Below the pieces are notes generated by a model. The model saw only the letters and a list, made by a program, of their open reading frames with translations, made no database searches and was not told where the DNA came from. DNA of 64,000 nucleotides. It comes from Candidatus Latescibacterota bacterium (GTDB lineage Bacteria > Latescibacterota > UBA2968 > UBA8231). Location of the stretch: NCBI GenBank assembly GCA_965243025.1, contig CBDETY010000003.1:2720001-2784000 (forward strand). The letters are read 5' to 3'. This document shows positions 59,408 through 64,000 of the stretch, one piece after another; position 1 is the first letter of the stretch; each line of letters opens with the position of its first letter. The position numbers and the translations under genes were made by a program.

Positions 59408-59737
59408 GGTCTGCACGGGTGGCCGGAAATTTCCGGATTGCGCGGGTAATGTACGGGTTTGGCCTCGGGAGCCGCCCCGTCCCCCGTTCCGTGCCCGCCC
59501 TCCTTCCCCCGCCCTCTCCTCTGCCGGGCAACTCCCCTCCTCGCCCGGGAACCGCGCCAAAGACGGATTGTCCATGGGTACCTGCTCCGATAACCCGAGG
59601 GGTCCGAATCCTCCGCGAGGCTCATATCAACCGTTCCTGGGATGGCGTAACCTGTTGTTCCTGTTCATCATGCGGTATTTCTCCCTTTTTTCGGGGACCC
59701 CGCTTGGATATATTGAGGGTCAGCGGAAGGAATTTCA

Positions 59738-61978
59738 GTGAGCGAACTGACCGAAATCGCCGCAACCCCGGGGAAGGGAACCGGGTCCCCCGGCAACGGG
59801 GCCCCCGCGGCAACGGACCGGCTCCGCAGTCTCGACGAGGTCCTCGAGGAGACCAGCGAGCTCGAGCTCCAGATGCTGCTGATCGAGGTCGCCTCCATCA
59901 ACGAGCAGGCGGACTTTGACCTGATCGCGCGCGCCTACGGCTGGGCAAGCGACAAGCACGCCGGCCAGACCCGCATGTCGGGGCGGCCGTTCATGCAGCA
60001 CTGCGTCGAGGTCGCCCGCATCCTCGCGCAGCTCCGTCTCGACTCGACCACGGTAACGGCCGGACTGCTGCACGACGTGCTCGAGGACACCTCGGTGACC
60101 CTGGAGGAGGTCGCCGCCGAGTTCAGCCCCAAGATCGCCGCCCTGACCGACGGCGTGACCAAGATCGAGCGCTTCCAGTACCAGAGCCGCGAAGCCCGCC
60201 AGGCCGAATCCTACCGCAAGATGCTGCTGTCGATGGTCGAGGACCTGCGGGTGATCCTCATCAAGTTCGCCGACCGGCTGCACAACATGCGCACCCTCGA
60301 CCACGTCGAGCCCGAGCAGCAGAAACGGATTTCCCGCGAAACCGTCGACGTGTACGCCCCGCTGGCCTACCGGCTCGGCCTCGCCCGCATCAGCCGGGAG
60401 CTCGAGGACCTCAGCCTCAAGTACCTCGACGCGGATCAGTACGACGAAATCCGCCGCCAGGTGGCGATGAAGAGGGAGCAGCGCGAGGTCTACATCGAGG
60501 AGTTCAAGGCCCCGATCCAGGCCGACCTCGCCAAAACCGGGATCGACGCGGAGATCACCGGCCGGCCGAAGCACTTCTACAGCATCTACAACAAGATGAG
60601 GACCCAGGGAACGACCTTCGAGGAGATCTACGACCTCAGCGCCGTGCGCATCCTCGTCGAGTCGGTGCGCGACTGCTACACCACCCTCGGCCTCGTGCAC
60701 AGCCTGTACGTGCCGATCTCCGACCGCTTCAAGGACTACATCGCCACCCCCAAGACCAACATGTACCAGTCGCTGCACACCTCGGTGGTGGGCCCCGACG
60801 GGCGCCCGGTCGAGGTCCAGATCCGCACCCGGGAGATGCACCAGACGGCCGAGATCGGCATCGCCGCGCACTGGCGCTACAAGTCGGGCGAGCTGCCGGA
60901 GGTCGAAAGCGACCAGCGCATCGGCTGGCTGCGCCAGGTGCTCGACTGGCAGCGCGAGGCGGCCGACCCGATGGAGTTCCTCGAGAACCTCAAGGTCGAG
61001 CTCTACCGGGACGAGATCTACGTGTTCACGCCCGAGGGTGACCTGCTGCAGCTGCCCAGAGGGGCGACCACCATCGACTTCGCCTTCGCCGTGCACACCG
61101 ACATCGGCCTCCACTGCCTGACGGCGAAAGTCAACGGCCAGATCGTGCCGCTGGGAACCGAGCTCCACAGCGGCGACTCGGTCCAGATCATCAGCTCCCA
61201 GCACCAGCACCCGACCAGCAGCTGGCTCGACATGGTCAAGACCGGCAAGGCCCGCCACTGGATCGGCCGCTGGCTGCGCGAGGAGCAGTTCTCCCACGGG
61301 GTTCGCCTCGGGCAGGAGATCCTCGAACGCGAGCTGAAGAAGTACCGCCACTCGGTGCGCAGCGAGTCGCTCGACGAGCTCGCCGAAGAGCTGGGGCTGG
61401 CCGGCAGCGAGCACCTCTACGCGGCGGTCGGCAGCGGCGAGCTGTCGGTGAGCGGCGTCGTCAACCGCCTGGTGCCGAAGCGGCCCAAGCGGCGCATCCG
61501 CCCGCTGTTCCGCGACCTGCGGGGGATCCGCATCCAGGGCCTCGACAACATGATGATCCACTTCGGAAAATGCTGCTCCCCGATACCCGGGGACCGCATC
61601 GTCGGCACGATAACCAAGGGGCGGGGAATCACCGTGCACCGCACCGACTGCCCCAACATGGGCGACATAGCCGAGGATCCGGACCGCGTCACCGTGATGG
61701 AGTGGGACGTCGACGAGGAGCAGTCGTTCTCCGTGCAGCTGCGCATCGCCGGAACCGACCGCACCTACCTGCTGACCGAGATAACCCGGGTGATCAGCGA
61801 GGCCGGCGCCAACATCCGCAGCGCCGAAAGCCATACCCGGCTGCACCGGGTCGAGGGGAAGTTCGAGGTCGACGTCACCGACGCGCGCCAGCTGCAGGCG
61901 ATGATCAAGGGGCTGTCCAAGCTCGAGGGAATCAACGAGGTGACGCGCGTCGACGCCCCGGACCCGACCCCGGCCTGA
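59738..61978 (+). CDS. rel: Bifunctional (p)ppGpp synthetase/hydrolase Rel
   Basis: LLHDVLEDT (intact HD), RPKH, RFKDYIA (RxKD), TGS, CC zinc region, ACT. Confidence 0.96.
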   Translation: MSELTEIAATPGKGTGSPGNGAPAATDRLRSLDEVLEETSELELQMLLIEVASINEQADFDLIARAYGWASDKHAGQTRMSGRPFMQHCVEVARILAQLRLDSTTVTAGLLHDVLEDTSVTLEEVAAEFSPKIAALTDGVTKIERFQYQSREARQAESYRKMLLSMVEDLRVILIKFADRLHNMRTLDHVEPEQQKRISRETVDVYAPLAYRLGLARISRELEDLSLKYLDADQYDEIRRQVAMKREQREVYIEEFKAPIQADLAKTGIDAEITGRPKHFYSIYNKMRTQGTTFEEIYDLSAVRILVESVRDCYTTLGLVHSLYVPISDRFKDYIATPKTNMYQSLHTSVVGPDGRPVEVQIRTREMHQTAEIGIAAHWRYKSGELPEVESDQRIGWLRQVLDWQREAADPMEFLENLKVELYRDEIYVFTPEGDLLQLPRGATTIDFAFAVHTDIGLHCLTAKVNGQIVPLGTELHSGDSVQIISSQHQHPTSSWLDMVKTGKARHWIGRWLREEQFSHGVRLGQEILERELKKYRHSVRSESLDELAEELGLAGSEHLYAAVGSGELSVSGVVNRLVPKRPKRRIRPLFRDLRGIRIQGLDNMMIHFGKCCSPIPGDRIVGTITKGRGITVHRTDCPNMGDIAEDPDRVTVMEWDVDEEQSFSVQLRIAGTDRTYLLTEITRVISEAGANIRSAESHTRLHRVEGKFEVDVTDARQLQAMIKGLSKLEGINEVTRVDAPDPTPA

Positions 61979-62087
61979 AGCCGGCCTGGGCGGCCGGCCC
62001 GCATCCCCGCGCCCCGGCCGCTGCGCTTACCTTCTTTTCTTCACCTGCCGTCACGCGAACCTTTAACAGTTAACAGTCCCGCGAACC

Positions 62088-63134
62088 GTGCCGCCCGATC
62101 CGTTCCTTCCCCACATCCGCAGCATGGAGGGGTACGTCCCCGGCGAGCAGCCCGGAGAGGGGGAGTTCCTCAAGCTCAACACCAACGAAAACCCCTATCC
62201 CCCTTCCGACCGGGTGGTCGCGGCGCTGCGGGAGGCATGCGGCGGCAACCTGCGGCGCTATCCCGACCCGGACGCCGTCGCGGTGCTCGCAAAGCTGTCG
62301 GAAAGGTTCGGGGTGCGGGCCGAACAGATCGTCATGGGGAACGGCTCGGACGAGCTGCTCAACGCCGCCCTGCGCTGCTTCGCCGGCCCCGGAAAGCCGG
62401 TGGCGATCCCCTTCCCCACCTATCCCTACTACCAGAAGCTGATCGACCTGCAGGACGCCGCCGCCGTCCGCTGCGACCTCGACGACGACTTCGCGATCCC
62501 CGCCGGCTTCCCCCCGGAAGAGGCGCGCCTGACCCTGCTGGCCAATCCAAACTCCCCCACCGGCACCGCGGCCGGGGCCGGCGCGGTCGCGGAGATGGCC
62601 ATACGCACCCGGGGCGTGCTCCTGGTCGACGAGGCGTACGTCGATTTCTCCGACGGCGGCTGCATCGGCCTCGTCGAGCGCTTCCCCAACCTGCTGGTGA
62701 CGCGCACGATGTCGAAGTCGTTCTCGCTGGCCGCCCTGCGCATCGGTTTCGCCTTCGGTCCTCCCGACCTGATCGCCGGGATGCGCAAGGTGCTCGACCA
62801 CTACAACATGAACTCCCTGTCGCAGGCGGCCGCGGCCGCGGCTCTCGACGACATCGAGGGTATGCGGGCAAATGCCGCCCGGGTCAAGAGGACGCGGCAG
62901 CGGCTGACCGAAGCGCTGCGAAGCCTCGGGTTCCGGGTGTGGGACTCGGAGGCGAACTTCGTGCTCGCGCGCATCGCGTCGCCCCCGGCCGAGGAGCTGT
63001 ACCTCGGCCTCAAGGAGCGCCGCATCCTGGTGCGCTGGTTCAGCGAGCCCCGCCTGCGGGACTGCCTGAGGATCTCCGTCGGCACCGACGGGGAAACCGA
63101 GCGGCTGCTGGGGGAGCTGGGAGAGCTGCTTTAG
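62088..63134 (+). CDS. hisC: Histidinol-phosphate aminotransferase
   Basis: KLNTNENPY, GNGSDE, NPNSPTG, DEAYVDF, RTMSKSFSLAALRIG. Confidence 0.93.
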   Translation: MPPDPFLPHIRSMEGYVPGEQPGEGEFLKLNTNENPYPPSDRVVAALREACGGNLRRYPDPDAVAVLAKLSERFGVRAEQIVMGNGSDELLNAALRCFAGPGKPVAIPFPTYPYYQKLIDLQDAAAVRCDLDDDFAIPAGFPPEEARLTLLANPNSPTGTAAGAGAVAEMAIRTRGVLLVDEAYVDFSDGGCIGLVERFPNLLVTRTMSKSFSLAALRIGFAFGPPDLIAGMRKVLDHYNMNSLSQAAAAAALDDIEGMRANAARVKRTRQRLTEALRSLGFRVWDSEANFVLARIASPPAEELYLGLKERRILVRWFSEPRLRDCLRISVGTDGETERLLGELGELL

Positions 63135-63259
63135 GCGACGCGACCCTCGGCTGCTGCGGGCACTGCCCTTGCAGGGTGAAGGAAGGGTAGTCACAATATT
63201 TGCGGAAGCAGAATGGTCGACTTCCCAAACCCGGTCCGCTATCCCCGAAGGAAACCACC

Positions 63260-63750
63260 ATGGGCGCAACCTGTGTGGACGTTACCATCCGCAATCCCGC
63301 GGACCGACAACGAAGCTGGACCGGGAAATTCCTCGTCGATACCGGCGCCTTCGACTCGCTGGTCCCGAGGGTGCACCTCGAGCGATCGGACTCGAACCGA
63401 GGGGCCTCCGCGAATACGTACTCGCCGACGGAAAACCCACCGCCCTGGACATAGCCATAGCAGAGATCGAGTTCGAGGGTGAGGTGGTCGGCGGGACAAT
63501 CGTCTTCGGGGAGGAAGGGGCGGAACCCCTGCTCCGCGTTACCGCCCTGGAGTCCGGCGGATTCGAGGTCGATCCACGCAACGAAGAGCTGAAGCGGTTG
63601 CCTGCCGTTCTGTTGAAGTCCGCCGGAACAATGCAGCAGCCCGGAGAGCTCCTTGCCGAGGTCCGGCTCCGGAAGACCTCGGACTCCCCGGAAAGCTTCC
63701 CATACCAGACGCCCCATCCCACTGCCCTGAGCGGAGATTGTTCACAGTGA
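63260..63750 (+). pseudogene. Clan AA (retropepsin-like) aspartic protease, frameshifted near 63382
   Basis: N-half MGATCVDVTIRNP...FLVDTGA...HLE in one frame; C-half AIGLEP...LADG...EPLL.VTALES...VDP in another. Confidence 0.75.
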
Positions 63751-63760
63751 AGAAGAGACG

Positions 63761-64000
63761 GTGACGAAACGACTCGGTAGACTCGTTGATTCCGACGGGT
63801 TCCAGTACGGGATCCTCGCGGTAATCGTCGGTGCGGCCCTGCTGGTCGGGCTGGAAACCTCGCGCGACCTCGTCGCCCGCCACGGGGACCTGCTGCACCG
63901 GCTCAACCTGCTGGTCCTGTGGATCTTCGCCGTCGAGGCGGCCCTCAAGATCGCCCGCCACGGGAGCCGCTGGTACCGCTACTTCGCCGATCCCTGGAAC
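63761..64000 (+). CDS. Ion transporter (bacterial voltage-gated channel family), N-terminal part, truncated by window edge
   Basis: Manual translation MTKRLGRLVDSDGFQYGILAVIVGAALLVGLETS...WIFAVEAALKI...YFADPWN (S1-S2 and DPWN motif); not in ORF track. Confidence 0.85.
   Translation, partial: MTKRLGRLVDSDGFQYGILAVIVGAALLVGLETSRDLVARHGDLLHRLNLLVLWIFAVEAALKIARHGSRWYRYFADPWN

Noticed and set aside
62054-62087. Short direct repeats (CGCGAACC twice, TTAACAG twice) upstream of hisC
   Set aside because: Too short to separate from chance; no His-codon leader peptide or attenuator seen

Overview
High-GC bacterial chromosome segment; the gene set (kinase-less PASTA gene between rsmB and rpe, DUF3098, TPR plus DUF4292-like pair, Minf_1886 family) is suggestive of an FCB-group lineage such as Latescibacterota, but this is inference. 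It is mostly housekeeping: amt-glnK, purF-like, rsmB-PASTA-rpe-ffh-rpsP-rimM-trmD-rplS, recJ, apgM, rlmN, larC, glgB, recD2, rel, hisC. I found no tRNA, rRNA, CRISPR array or transposase. Two highlights. (1) A SelW/SelT/SelH (Rdx-family) selenoprotein gene missed by the ORF track (2329-2556, minus strand) has an in-frame UGA in a CxxU motif and a SECIS-like hairpin right after it. (2) A four-gene minus-strand operon (49663-58300) encodes a 1593-aa protein fusing a non-canonical, nicalin/nicastrin-like M28 domain to a MacB/FtsX-type permease, an OPT-like transporter with an apparently circularly permuted FN3-like insert, an internally duplicated Cys/His protein and a stand-alone PqqD/RRE protein, with no ATPase, radical SAM enzyme or obvious precursor. 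This is a candidate uncharacterised peptide-handling membrane system. Other oddities: a probably catalytically dead L,D-transpeptidase paralog, a helical lipoprotein plus L,D-transpeptidase pair, a dppAB/dppC set split across opposite strands, a DprE1/DprE2-like pair, an EetA/EetB-like pair and a frameshifted aspartic protease gene. All family calls are from motif recognition by eye; no searches were run.
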